Below, one piece after another: positions 13,791 to 26,554 of a DNA stretch of 64,000 bases. Below the pieces are notes generated by a model. The model worked only from the letters and a program-made list of their open reading frames with translations, was not told where the DNA came from and made no database searches. Numbering within the stretch: the first letter of the stretch is position 1; each line of letters starts with the position of its first letter. The DNA lies in NCBI GenBank assembly GCA_951406725.2, contig OX597825.1, positions 8,618,001 to 8,682,000 of the forward strand. The letters run 5' to 3'. The position numbers were made by a program, and so were the translations under genes. Source of the DNA: Octopus vulgaris (lineage: Eukaryota).

Positions 13791-13998
13791 AGGCGGTGTG
13801 CTGGTAGAAACGTTAGCATGCTGGGCGGAATGCTTAGCGGTATTTCATCTGCCGTTACGTTGTGAGTTCAAATTCCGCCGAGGCCGACTTTGTCTTTCAT
13901 CCTTTCGGGGTCGATAAATTACGCACCAGTTGCACACTGGGGTCGATCTAATCGAATTTCCCCATCCCCCCAAAATTTCGGGCCTTGTGCCTAGAGAC
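13791..13998 (+). mobile_element. SINE family B copy
   Basis: GGCGGTGTGCTGGTAGAAACGTTAGCA (A-box-like)..GAGTTCAAATTCC (B-box)..GACTTTGTCTTTCATCCTTTCGGGGTCGATAAATT central domain. Confidence 0.88.
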
Positions 13999-15777
13999 AA
14001 AATAATTTTGAGTAACAGTTTGCGAGGTTCAAAAAGTAAAATAGTAGATTGCATATGAAATCAATCAGAAGTAAATTACAAGTCGAGAGGCAGGTTGTAA
14101 CGGACACATTTAGCCCTCGTTCTAGAGATGACAATATATGACATACCCACGGTAATACAAATATTCTAATGTTTTCTATAATAAGGACTTCATGTAATGA
14201 ATCTCATAAACATCAGAAGTAAACCGGTAAACATTCTACTTCAGTTCAACTCCTGCATAAACTTAAAGTGTCTGCAGAAGTTGAACTCCTATTACTTTCG
14301 TCCGATTAGCAATTCATACAACGTATGTAAAAGAGTTTATACAAGCGTGATGTGTCACCTTATATGAAGGACTTGAGAGACACAGCTAAAAATCTATGAA
14401 AACAAGTATACAATATGCTACAACATTTTAAAGTATAGAAGACAGACGAAATACTTCATAAATCTTAATAACTATAAATGAGGATACATGCAGCTTCGAC
14501 AGCTAAACTAAAACCACTAAACTATGATTAGTGCATGACCAGGAGACCAATAAAATCTAGAAATTAGTGTTCTTTTTATCCTACTGAACACTATTACAGT
14601 AGTTTTAGATTAGCGATAAATTGTGGTTTTAATTATTAAATAACAGAGAACGATTAGTTCAACATTAAAGTAAGGACTGTTTACTAATGCATATGCAACA
14701 ATGTAAAACTGTTATTAATTTTAAAAATTAAGTTACAAAATCATATAATTAAGTGCGACACATCATATAGTATGTGACACAAACATTTACAAACAATTAA
14801 ATGTTCGCTCTGATGTTCTTTGAAACAGTTGTAAATTTGAGGTTGCAATATCCATATTTACAGAACTATCAAGAGGGATAATGAAAAATGTTATATAACC
14901 AACAAAATGGCAACAGCAATAGCCACAAAGCATAACTATAGACTACTCTCTTTCCAGTTCTCAATGGAGTGGCCATTATAAAACACACCAAAATAATGGG
15001 TTAATTAGGTTAAATTTTATTTGTGAAATACACTTGTTCTGAATTCGCAGCAAAAAGTGGTCAGCGTTTGTGGTGGGGATTTGAAGGAGGCGCTAGGAAT
15101 GTGGCCTGGAGGACAAGGATGCGGCTGATCAATACGTTTTGGGAAACATAGCTCTAGACTAAGTAGTTGTGGTTTGAGTGTATCTACGAGTTCGGGTATA
15201 CACAGGCATCTATTGCAATTAGAATAATTGTGATGAAAATGTAATAGATCTCACCCTCAACAGAGTGACAGTGACGCTTTATTTACATGTTTGAGTGTGA
15301 GAGGATGTGCGTGTGTGAATGCGTAAGTGCGCATCACAGATGCATAAGAATGTCACTTCTGAATCATGCATTCCTAGTTTCGATTGTATTTCGATACACA
15401 TTTGCCAGGCTTCATTTTCTTTTACCTGAAGCTGACTAAATGACTTGTAAGTGACATTGAGTAGACAGATATTGTATAGAAGACTGCGAACCGCATTGTA
15501 TCTGCAATTCAAAGAACCAAACTTGTCCCACTATGTCGGAGTGATTCGACCGGGGAATTGTTTTAGTTCTGTCTTTTAGATTACGCTACAACCTATACGC
15601 TAAATTGAATTAGTTAAGTAGTCTTCTAGTTTTGATAATCGGCTAACTGAACTCATCGCTTGCTATGTCGACTTAACTACCAGATCATTGTCGAAATATC
15701 TAAGTGGCTGAATATTAAATAAAAAATGTGTAGTGCTAACGACTTAAGGAGTACAAGCGAGATATAAGAAAACTAAC

Positions 15778-16099
15778 TGGCAGACCATTGTTACGATGTG
15801 TTCCAGTTGATCGGATCAACAGAGCAGCCTCCTTCTGAAATTAACGTACAAGTGGTTGTGCACTTGGTAGACATGCGTACCATTAACACTGCTCGAAGGG
15901 AGATTCAGCGTGGCAGAGAATGTGACAAGAGTGGCCCTCTGAAATACAGGTATTAGGCATTTTTTAACCCGGCTGAGTGGACTGGAGCAATGTGAAGTAA
16001 AGTGTCCTCTCAAGAATACAAGGCGCCGCCAGGAATATCGGGTTCACGGACTTACGATCATTAGCCGAATATCCTAATCGCTGAGCCACGTGACCTCAC
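15778..16099 (-). mobile_element. SINE family A copy (older, diverged)
   Basis: TTCCAGTTGATCGGATCAAC..GAAATTAACGT..GATTCAGCGTG..GCCCTCTGAAATACAGG matches the 35210 and 59326 copies; degenerate tRNA head near 16040-16099. Confidence 0.75.
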
Positions 16100-16269
16100 C
16101 AAGCAAGGCATATTCTGTAACAAACATTCCCATTTTAATTCGAGTCAACTCAAAAATATTCCGCTTGATTTCTGTCACCTTCCTTTCACACTAATGGCTG
16201 GCATTCCTTGTATGGAGAGCAACGCAAAAGTACTCAGGACGACAAAAATACCTGAATGTAAAGGACAAA

Positions 16270-17290
16270 ACCGAGACATTCATTCTCCAGGCACGGATTT
16301 CATCTTTCGTCCCCTATTTTCTAAGGTTTTTCGGTATTGATAATTTCCGATTTTAATGAATATTTAATATTTTCATCCTTGAGTGACCATATAAGCGTGC
16401 TAAGACGTGTTGAAAATGTTCTCGTATTATTTCTAAATGTTCTTTCATGATTTGTTATACTTTGTTCCATAAAGAATGAGTACTTCCAATATAGTCGTAT
16501 CTATTTTCATCTGTTGAGACTACACATCTATTGACGGTATTTCTTACCTTACAGTTTATTTAAAATCTGCATTGCTTTCTCCTAGCGCAATCGCATTTTC
16601 TGTGTATTAAGCTATAAACGTCTTTATTATTGTATCATATAATATTTGTATATGTTTTATATTTTCACTGATTATCTTTGTAATTTAGGTTTTCATGATA
16701 GTCGCTACTCTTTCTAGTCACCATGTATGCCTGTCTTTTAGTTATAGGATCTATAGAATTATTTAATTGAGTTGATTCCCTTTGATTATTGTATATTGTC
16801 CTGGCGGTGGTTTCAATAGAATTTGGATTAAACAGCTTACTATCTTTTTTTAATGTAAAGTATAGAAGCCATCTTAACATGGCTAACCACATAGGGGAGG
16901 GGGTGCTACAGTAACACCCCCTCCCCTATGTGGTTAGCCATGTTAAGATGGCTTCTATACTTTACATTATCGAGCGATTACTGTTTCAATCTCATTCTGA
17001 GATTTAATAATGCTATCTTTTTTTTAAATTACTATTAATATTAATATCTTTAATTTGGTTTTCATTAATATTTCTCTTATTAATGTTATTGTTCCGTGAC
17101 TTCGCTTTTTGTTTGGTGCTGTGCACGTCTATTATTTAAGCTAAATTTCTAGAGTTGGAGAACGCGATTTTGATTCTTCGTTTATTAAATGAACTATGGA
17201 ATTTATTCATTACTGGAAAAAAATACATCTAGTGCTTCATAGAACATTCTAGGTATTTTGATTTTAATACTAGACAAGAAAGAAGTTTTA
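16270..17290 (-). mobile_element. Penelope-like element 3' half (RT thumb, Asn-rich linker, Cys linker, GIY-YIG endonuclease), pseudogenised
   Basis: Manual minus-strand translation with frameshifts: ..FYEALDVFFPVMNKFHSSFNKRRIKIAFSNSRNLA*IIDVH.. (about 17120-17280); KCDCARRKQC..NC..TVNRCVVSTDENRYDYIGST..NHERTFRN..STRLSTLIWSLKDENIKYSLKSEII..P*KIG..NPCLE (about 16285-16600). Confidence 0.8.
16851..16969. repeat. 119-bp near-perfect palindrome (55-bp perfect arms), MITE-like insertion
   Basis: 16851-16905 is the exact reverse complement of 16915-16969. The centre CTACAGTAA pairs further with one mismatch. Begins and ends with TA. Confidence 0.95.
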
Positions 17291-17864
17291 ATTGCTTTTG
17301 CAAACAATGTATTCATTTTAATAAATTTGAATAATAGAATGCCTTAATTTATATAATATTAATGAACTTTTTTCTCTATTAACATCTATAATAAATGTAA
17401 TAATAAAGAAACATACAAAGAATGTAAGAACAAAATTCAGTTTATATGATTATACATAGTATAACCTAAAAACTGTTTAAAACATTAGTAGTAAGAAGTT
17501 AGAAGGACTTTAGAATATAACGGACAACTTATTTAATAACCACGTGGTTCTTACTGGCTAGTAATTATCCACTACTATTATTAATAACCTTCTCAAAAAT
17601 TCAAATAATATAATCAATTCTGAAATCTATCAAAAAGCCATGTGACTATATAAAAGTATTCTATAAATATCCACACCACGATCGTTCGAGAAAAATTGCC
17701 AATACCAACATACACTGCTACTGTTGCTGCTGAATTTACTCCATAACGAATCAATGGAGGAAAACAGTACATCGATTAATGTTATGATTACCTTCTACTA
17801 CTAATCCTAATTCAAACTAATAAAGGAGAAAAAATTCCTCTTTCAACAAAGTCGTATTTATATA

Positions 17865-17952
17865 CCCTGAAGAGATCGTGGTAATAATGTATAAATCGCT
17901 TCATATAAATATGCAACAATATAGAATTAGTGCGATCGAAACATATGTTGGG
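17865..17952 (+). ncRNA. Type I minimal hammerhead ribozyme motif (PLE-associated)
   Basis: CC-CTGAAGA-GATCG..(about 54 nt)..CGATC-GAAA-CATATG-TT-GG: intact core, 5-6 bp closing stem II, palindromic stem III ACATATGT, GUU triplet, only a 2-bp stem I. Confidence 0.7.
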
Positions 17953-18049
17953 CAATTATTATGAATAAACGAACTGGAAATAACCATAAAGTTTGAATGT
18001 TCAAATTCTTCATTCTCATTATTATCACTATTCTACTTTATACTCTAAG

Positions 18050-18705
18050 TAGCCAAGAAATAAATTATAAAATCGGATGGGAGTTAAAGGAAGTTTACTA
18101 CAAAATGAACAATCTGAAGGAACAAGGCTTGGTATTTCCCGCATAGAAATTCGGTATCTGCCTAGATTTTGTATCCCTGCTTTTGCTAGGTATATAAATG
18201 TAAGATCCAGGGATCAAGGTGTAGGAAGACCGTTAGCTTCAAGCAATCAGTAGTAAATAAATAAATAGAAAAACAATTTCAGGGACAATAGTTGTTTATT
18301 GAGACGGAGGGTTGTGGATATTTTCTTTCGTATCGAAGAACGATAAGTTGAAAAGAACTTCTTTTTATAGTCCTCGGGTGTAGAAATAAGAATACAAGAG
18401 ATACTAAATGGAGTAGGTAAGACCCAGGCTACATATGTTTCATAGCGTGTGGAACTTCAGACGTAGTAAAAATCCGAGCGAGGTGTATACCGCTGGCTAC
18501 TCTCCAGAACAAGGTACAATAAAGATGTACCATAATGGTATGATTATAAACAGGACACATTTTTAGCCATTTCTCCGTAGACTAGGTTCTCATCAGAGGG
18601 GTCTGAAGCATTCTGACAATCCCCAGAGAAAGAATTAGCCAAATTGTTTATATAGTCAACAAATGCAGCAGTTACTCTATGAAGAATCCCTAATTTGAAG
18701 CCTGT
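18050..18705 (-). mobile_element. PLE 5'/pseudo-LTR remnant: hammerhead-like motif followed by decayed ORF N-terminus
   Basis: Minus strand AGACCC-CT-CTGATGA..GAAA-CATATG-TA..GGGTCT (18420-18604), followed by decayed ..DCL..ANGLPT..-like sequence. Confidence 0.45.
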
Positions 18706-18706
18706 C

Positions 18707-18762
<56 letters not shown>

Positions 18763-18763
<1 letters not shown>

Positions 18764-18922
18764 CAACAGGCTTCTTTCAGTTTCCGTCTACCAAAACCAC
18801 TGAAAATGCTTTGGTCGGTAGAAGAATTTATAACAGAAGAAACTTGCTGAAGGTGTCACGCAGTTACACTGAACTCCGGACCATGTGGTGCGTAAGCAAT
18901 TTTCTTACCACAACATCACGTC
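18763..18922 (-). mobile_element. SINE family C, 5' part
   Basis: GGCTTCTTTCAGTTTCCGTCTACCAAA..GCTTTGGTCGG..ACTGAACTCCGGACCATGTGG matches the 26745 and 39030 copies. Confidence 0.8.
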
Positions 18923-19351
18923 TATATATGGAAAAATATACATTGAAATACCAGCGCCTCTTAATACCCACGCATTTGAAATGTACTCTGCTAAGCTGTT
19001 TAATCATCATATGTGGGCAGCGTAGAACAATTCAACATTTACAAGCATCAGAATAATAATATTTACTATTATAATTATTTTCATGTGAAGAGATTCAGCT
19101 TTTATTTATTTATAAATTCCTTTACAATAGCTATTAAGCTGTTAGAAATTCAGTATTATTTTCCATTCTGAGAAGTAGATGATGGTGTGGGTTTGTTAAT
19201 TGCATTTTCACATTATTTTGAATTGCAACACATTTTAAATAATTTGAAATTTTTGAAAATCTTATACGTTCATGAGATTAGATTTTTACTCATTTAATGC
19301 AATAACGTCTTATCTGGTACAGGTATTTGAAGATAATATGTTATGCAATGT

Positions 19352-19352
19352 T

Positions 19353-19438
<86 letters not shown>

Positions 19439-19440
19439 GG
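19352..19440. repeat. (AGAT)n microsatellite
   Basis: Direct reading. Confidence 0.97.
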
Positions 19441-19804
19441 ATAGGTAGTAGATAGACAAATATAGATATATAGATACAAACATATATACACACACACACA
19501 TATATATATATATATATGTTGCGAAAGAGAGAGAGGTAGAAGGAGAGTAAGAGAGTGTGAGAGACAGAGAGAGAGAGCAATTATGCGGATAAGCTAATTT
19601 GAAATATTAAATATTTCAGATTTGTTAAATATAGAAGTTTGTGTATGAAATGCAAAATATCTTCATGAGACCACAGAAGATAGTAGCTGTACTCCTTCCC
19701 AATTTAATACTGCTACCGATTGTACTTCCAGATCTTCTGTACTAATAACGGACCAAAGGAATTTAACCTCCCTAGGGGTAAACTCCAACCGCAGAGTAAG
19801 TAGG

Positions 19805-20200
19805 AAAACTTGCAGTTGTTGGGTATCTGATCTCTTCCTCCTTCTAGTGTTCTGTCTGCGTAAAAATGTAGTCTACAAGTGTCGTGTTAAAAGACAACTC
19901 CCCCATCAAGCAAGGATCTATATCAGGGGCACTGTTGATTTCAAGCGCCTACCATGCACACACGAACACTTTCTGTAATCCAAACACTAAATTATCTACA
20001 TCTTTAGCAACTTATATACAGAACCTCAAATGTTCCCGATACCCTATCCTGGTCTATCCTAATTGAGGCTCCCTCATACATTGCACACAGTATCTATAAA
20101 TTTATTTATGGGAATCGCTAGCCATGCTTCGTCACAACAACATCTCATTACTTAATAGATTCGCAAATGTAGTAGTGTCTTGTAAATACAAGTTCTACGC
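19805..20200 (+). mobile_element. Penelope-like element GIY-YIG endonuclease remnant
   Basis: Manual translation with frameshifts: KTCSC..FCLRKNVVYKCRV..ARIYIRGTVDFKR..YHAHTNTF..KLSTSLATYIQNLK..SWSILIEAPSY..LWESLAML..LLNR..SCKYK, the PLE VVY/YIG pattern. Confidence 0.78.
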
Positions 20201-21072
20201 ATCATTAGCCAACTTTATTTAATCTATGTAAACTCATAAATATAATTATCCTTAATTAAAATTAAATTTGGTTTACGCCTAATACTACTCTTCTTATTGA
20301 ATTATTCCTCCTTCTCTATTCACCTTCTATTCAAGTTCCTACGAATCTGCATACCTCAGCATTCTCGCCCTAATATCAACCAACATTCATTATTCTACCA
20401 ACCACTGCTAACTTGACCACCGACTCACCCACGCCCTGTCCACTTCTCTCTATTTTCTTTCATATCTTTCTGCAATCTAGGTTTTTTTTGGGTTTTTTTA
20501 CAATCTACTTTTTAGTTCATCTACGTTGTTGGTGATACTATTAGAAGAATGTTCAGCTGTATATGCAACAGTATCATCTACGCTTGATTCGTAATTATCA
20601 TTGTCTTTACCATGTTTTGGGTGTCCAACTTTGCATCGATTATTTGATCATCAGATCCAAACAGAAATATTCATGCTGCTGATAAATCAACGTGATTAGT
20701 CACACTTGATGCTGAAAGATCTGTTTAATTAGATATTCATGAGAATTACTTTGTTCGCTCACCTTCCATTTCCTATGCTTAAAAGTCGGAATGAATATTT
20801 CCAGTTCATGTCACTGGTGTAACAAATAGTGACAAGGGATGTAAATGTTAGCACAGAGGAATGAATTGTGTTCCCTTTTAACTTTCGCATAGATATGCGA
20901 CTGGGATGGGAAATACATGAAATGGAAAAAAAAATACAGTTCACAGAGTATGTTGCATGTTTAATTATAAACGAAAAACGCACGCTTAGACGACAAACTC
21001 AATTGTGGTATGTAAACAGGCTACAAATAATAATTGACTACAGCGTGAAATGTTCTATTATTCTACAAAGAA

Positions 21073-21371
21073 CTAGCAGTATCGCCCGGCGTTGCTCGGG
21101 TTTGTAAGGGAAATAACTATATAAGCATTTTTAGAGAGTTATAGCCAAAATATAGCAAAAAATGCATTAAAGTGGGAAAAATATGGTGGTCATTTTTTTT
21201 TTTAAATCGTAGACTCATCGTAGACGCGCGCTAATACCCAGAAGGGCTCGGTATGAATCTCGACTATAAGATACCTGGTTTTGGTTAAACTGCACCGCAA
21301 AATGTGGGAGTAGTTAGGAACCTAAATCGTAGGAGGCAGACACCACACAACCTCTCTTTTATATATAAAGA
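21073..21371 (-). mobile_element. Complete non-autonomous Helitron (about 300 bp)
   Basis: Minus strand reads A|TCTTTATATATAAAAG..CCCGAGCAACGCCGGG (subterminal hairpin) CGATACTG-CTAG|T: 5'-TC, 3'-CTAG, AT target site, no TSD. Confidence 0.85.
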
Positions 21372-21532
21372 TTATTGAAGACTATTTCAGTTTAAATGTT
21401 TCTTTCAATACAACTTCGCATAAAAAGGAATATATATATATGAGTAGCAAGTATTAAATTAAATTAATTTTTTTTTATATATTGTGGGATGAAGGGGACT
21501 ACTATCTGTAAATAATATATATATATATATAT

Positions 21533-21889
21533 TCATCGAACTCAACTGGACGGCCAGAACGAGGTGCGTCTATGAGGTCAAAGTTTCCATTTTTGAACTT
21601 GGCATACCAATCACGAGCGGTTATTTCAACTATGACACCCTCTCCATACACAGAACAAATGTCGCGAGCAGCTTTTGCGACCTTAGAACCTTGATTAAAA
21701 TCAAAAAGAAGAAGGTGTCGAAAATGGTCGTGTTTCTTAACTTGACATCCCAATTTAATTATCTGAAAATAAACAAAAATTAACTAAAATTAACTAGAAA
21801 AAATAAAGCAAAATAGATTCCATAATTTAAAAACGCAATAAATTCCAAAATTTAAAAAGCACGGCAGGAACCTAGTTGCCAACCCAATA
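21533..21889 (-). mobile_element. Mariner transposon 5' fragment (left TIR plus transposase HTH domain), truncated
   Basis: ORF 21502..21753 HFRHLLLFDFNQG..AARDICSVYGEG..TARDWYAKFKNGNFDLIDAPRSGRPVEFDE is a mariner N-terminus; terminus TA|TTGGGTTGGCAACTAG at about 21870-21889; broken by (TA)n. Confidence 0.9.
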
Positions 21890-21902
21890 TATATGTATAC
21901 AT

Positions 21903-21956
<54 letters not shown>

Positions 21957-22000
21957 GAAGAGAGATAAATAGCTACATAGATAGATATTTAGAGAATGTT

Positions 22001-22194
22001 AGTTATGGACAGTTCATAGTCCCTAAATCACTCAACTTAACACAAGTCACGTCAGACCCTAAGCCACCGGTCTTTAGCGTATGCTGTGACGTGTGTAACG
22101 CTAAGCGTGTTATGGACTCAAAATCCTGGGTAAGCCTATGAGGCGGCCGTAAGTAACTTTCTGTAAATACGCTACTGTTCCGTAACTTATAGTG
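22001..22194. mobile_element. Possible MITE with degenerate TIRs
   Basis: AGTTATGGACAGT (22001) versus ACTGTTCCGTAACT (about 22174-22187) form imperfect inverted termini. Confidence 0.3.
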
Positions 22195-23655
22195 TGCTTC
22201 TCTTATATACATACAAATGAAATCAATTTTATATTATTGATATTTTAGGCTAAGAAGCGATAATTGTACAAGTTTCTATACTCTGATACGTAGTAAGTGC
22301 TGAAATACATAATCTGGAAATCTTTTGTTTTATGAAATATATTTAAATATGTATCTGAAGCTACCTCTTCCTATATTTTTGTCTTCTGTTCCTTGACCGA
22401 GAATTTATGAGACAAATTGTATTTCACCGTTAGAGATGCAAACCTACACTTACTTTTGCGACTACATTAAGGTTTAACCGGCTTCCGTTTATCCCGTACT
22501 TATATGCTATGTTTGTATTTGGGATATCGGACTTAAAATGTGCCGAACATCTTGCGTACCCTGTGAATATTTCTTTTCCGCTCTTGGTTTGGTGTATTTC
22601 GTGTGTAATCAGTTTTATCAGTTGCTTCTGAGATTTCTAGATATTTTTATTGCATCAGAGAAGATTATGAAAGGTTCTGTTATTTTGTAGCAGATTAGTT
22701 ATCTCTAAGACTATAATATTGATAAGAGTATTAGAATCAATATAAGAGCAATACTAGTCTGTGTTGATATACAGAAAAATATCTAACGGGTATACTAAAT
22801 AAGTTATTGTTGCTTACAGTTCAATTTGGTGTAATATCTTGGATGTTAATGTTTACGTTTGTCAGTAGAAGACATTCTCTATGAAGAGAAAGTCACATTT
22901 AATAAAAAATAGATGCTCTTCACAAACTCTAAGACATCACCGAACGGTATTAAAATCTGGTGCATTACAATGACGATTCTTCTGTGGCATTTATCGCAAA
23001 TTTATGTTAACAAAATAATCCAATCATAGCTGTCAACTGAAAGAAAATGCCTCTGAATTGACGAACATTATAAACTGAAGATTATACAATCGTAGAAAAA
23101 GAATTTCACATTATAAAGGCCCCTCATAATTCTCAATACTACTAAAATGCTACGCCTTAACTATTAGAAAATGTTTATACATTGATATGATTATTCATAT
23201 AACTGCCTATCACCGCCGTTATCAGACAAAATTCAACTATGAATAACTCATACCTTTACACTTTACCCATCAGATTTTTCTACTTCCATAGATTAATATA
23301 AATACAAGGTAGGCAAATGCACATATTCATATAATTCTAACGTTTAGTAAATTTGATAGTCGTGAAATCTACGATTAAAAGCAACTCCCTTGTGTTTGTC
23401 GATTGACAGACACTCAACCGCGTATAGACGTCTTCAGCAATAACGGTGCTATCGGAATATACAATTAATCGACAAATTTTCGTTAAATGAGTTGTATGCC
23501 AGAGAGGAAACAGAGATATACTTAGACATACTCAATAAATTCATACTTTTAAGGTATATGTTTATCTATAGCTTTCTCCACGATTATATAGGTGCTCATG
23601 AAATACGAAATATACGTACACAAACGTAGACATGTGCATATATCAATGTTAATAT

Positions 23656-23707
<52 letters not shown>

Positions 23708-23719
23708 ATGCATATATAA

Positions 23720-23759
<40 letters not shown>

Positions 23760-23760
23760 G

Positions 23761-23802
<42 letters not shown>

Positions 23803-24127
23803 CGTATACATAATGTATATATACGTTCGCGTATCTATCTTCAAGTACACACAGACAGAACTAAGTAGGTAGTTTCCTACCTATTAGTATGCACAGCTTA
23901 ACCTGTATAATATATAACAATATATGAGAACAAAGGCAGCAGTATCCATTATAATAATTCAGTTTCATTTAAGCTTCACTCGCCTCTAGATAAACGCCTA
24001 TAGCCTACAATAACACTTCCCGTAATAGTTCTGGTATTGAATCGCAACTCTCTCTTTTCTCTCTTTCTCATTTCTCTCTCTCTCTCTCTCTCTCTCTATC
24101 CTGATGTATCCGTCTATCGCTTTCTTA

Positions 24128-24167
<40 letters not shown>

Positions 24168-24954
24168 ACAAACAAACAGAAATACATTCATAGAGCGATG
24201 GCTAATAAACAAACATAATCTATGAATTGATAAAAATAAAATAATGAAAGTATGTATGGCGACGTTAAAGAAAAAACATCGAGTAAACATTGAAAGAAAG
24301 TAAAGGAAAGTACAATAAATTAAGAAAAACAACTTTAATATTAAATTGTGTTGTTTTTGTTTTTTTTTCGTATTTGCATATCATAATTAAGTGTGAGGTC
24401 ATAAGAAACATTCAAAAAACAAGACAATCTAAAATAACCACATAAACCCATGCGCGCTTAATGATGTATTATACGGATTAGGTTCTGTTCAATATTCTTT
24501 GTTCTTCCAAGAATGCATAATGCATTCTATAAAGCACCACCATGCTATGAATTAAATTGTAGTAGTAGTAGTAGTAGTAGTGAGCGTGTGAGTGAGTGAG
24601 TGCAGGATAACGCGGATGTATGCCATTGTCGGAAGCTTCTGGCGATAAGCGAATGCAATAATGAAAATATATTTTCATTTTTGTTTTTGTTTATATTTCT
24701 AAACGTAAGCGGTCTCGTGAAAAAGTTATTTTTTTTAAATATGGCATTGAGCATTCCTTTTTTTTTTTTTGCTGATAACAACGTTGGTGACACAAAAAGG
24801 TTTAATATAGGCAGACTAAACGCAAACACATGAGGATTTCAGAATATTTCCATTTTTCCATTTACATAGAATTTTCGATTAAACCCATCAAAGTGTATAA
24901 AGAAAAGGCATACACATAGGCAAATGAACACATTTACGCACACATTCATTCATC

Positions 24955-24964
24955 CATATATATG

Positions 24965-25033
<69 letters not shown>

Positions 25034-25371
25034 ATATACATATACATACCTACATACATACATATATACATATATATATATTTGCATGCTTCTGTCTCAT
25101 TGGTGTTTGTATGTATAAGCCTATGTATGTATGTTTATATATACGCATATATACGAACACACACAAATGCAAAATCACACACACATACACACACACACAC
25201 ATATATATATATACAAACATACACATATATATGTATGCAAATATATATACAGATATGTATATGTATGTGTACATATATATGCAAAAATATATATACATAT
25301 ATGTATATACATATGTGTATATACATACATATATATATATGCAAATATATAAACATATATGTATATGTATG

Positions 25372-25438
<67 letters not shown>

Positions 25439-25440
25439 CG
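24955..25440. repeat. Compound (TA)n/(TACA)n/(TG)n microsatellite tract
   Basis: Direct reading; source of several spurious ORFs. Confidence 0.95.
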
Positions 25441-25764
25441 GTAGGCGCACGATAGGCACGAATTGATTAGTGCTGAGATGACATAAAATACCTAAGATCC
25501 AGCATCAAACGATGGGCGACGCAATCCAGGTTAACGAACATTAGCCACCGGCTATACGAGAGCAGTGCAGCCATTGCAATTACATGAATAACGGGTGGTT
25601 GTTAATGGCATCAAAGCATTTCTAATTTGGTGAAACAGATGTGAGTATAAGCATAATTAAGCAGAAATCGAATGTAGAATGAGAGAGAGGGGCAGAGAGA
25701 GAGTGAGAAGGAGAGAGAGGGAGGTAGACAGAAGGGATGAAACGTTATATTGAAAGTGGAGTGG

Positions 25765-26118
25765 TGGCACTCTGTCGGTTACGACGACCAGAGTTCCAGT
25801 TGATCCGATCAACGGAACAGCCTGAAATTAGCGTACGAGTGGCTGGGCACTCCACAGAAATGTAGTTCTCGGAGAGATTCAGCGTGACACATAATGTGAC
25901 AAGGCTGGCCCTTTGAAATACAGATACAACAAAAACAGGAATAAAGGGTGTGAGAAAGTTGTTGTGAAAGATTACAGCGAGATTTTCCACCACCACCCTC
26001 TGCCGGTGCCACGTGGAGCTTTAGGCGTTTTCGCTCAATAATGCCCCGTCTGGGAATCGAAACCGCGATCCTACGACCGCGAGTCCGCTGTCCTAAGCAC
26101 TGGGTCATTGCGCTTCCA
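25765..26118 (-). mobile_element. SINE family A copy (tRNA-Arg-like head)
   Basis: TCTGGGAATCGAAACCGCGATCCTACGACCGCGAGTCCGCTG..CACTGGGTCATTGCG is the reverse complement of the 59326 head. Confidence 0.9.
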
Positions 26119-26554
26119 CATACTGTAAGAATAAGAAGGCTCAAAATTAGGAGTGATATCAGAATAGTATTAGAAGAGAAGAATATATAGAATAATAATG
26201 ATAAACATGAGAGGATGGTCACATTTGCACAAAACAGAGTGGGAGACGTAGGTGTAACTGCATTAGAAGTAACATAGTTGCCAGCCGTTCAAAAGATCAA
26301 TAAGTTTACCAGAAGAGGGTTTGAATCTACGACGATGAGTGACAGATTGAAAAGGTTTGTGGTGATAGGAACGGCCGACAAGTCTCCTGCTGAACGCAAG
26401 TATGCCTAAACGTCTGGCCAATGAATGCTAAATTCATCCATGCGTGCAGACGCGTGACGCTCCCAGCAACCTATAGAATGGAATGTAAAAGCAGTGAGAG
26501 GTAAAAGACGATCAAGTTCGTAAGGTATGAGGAGTCAGTACAGGAGTGCTGTTA

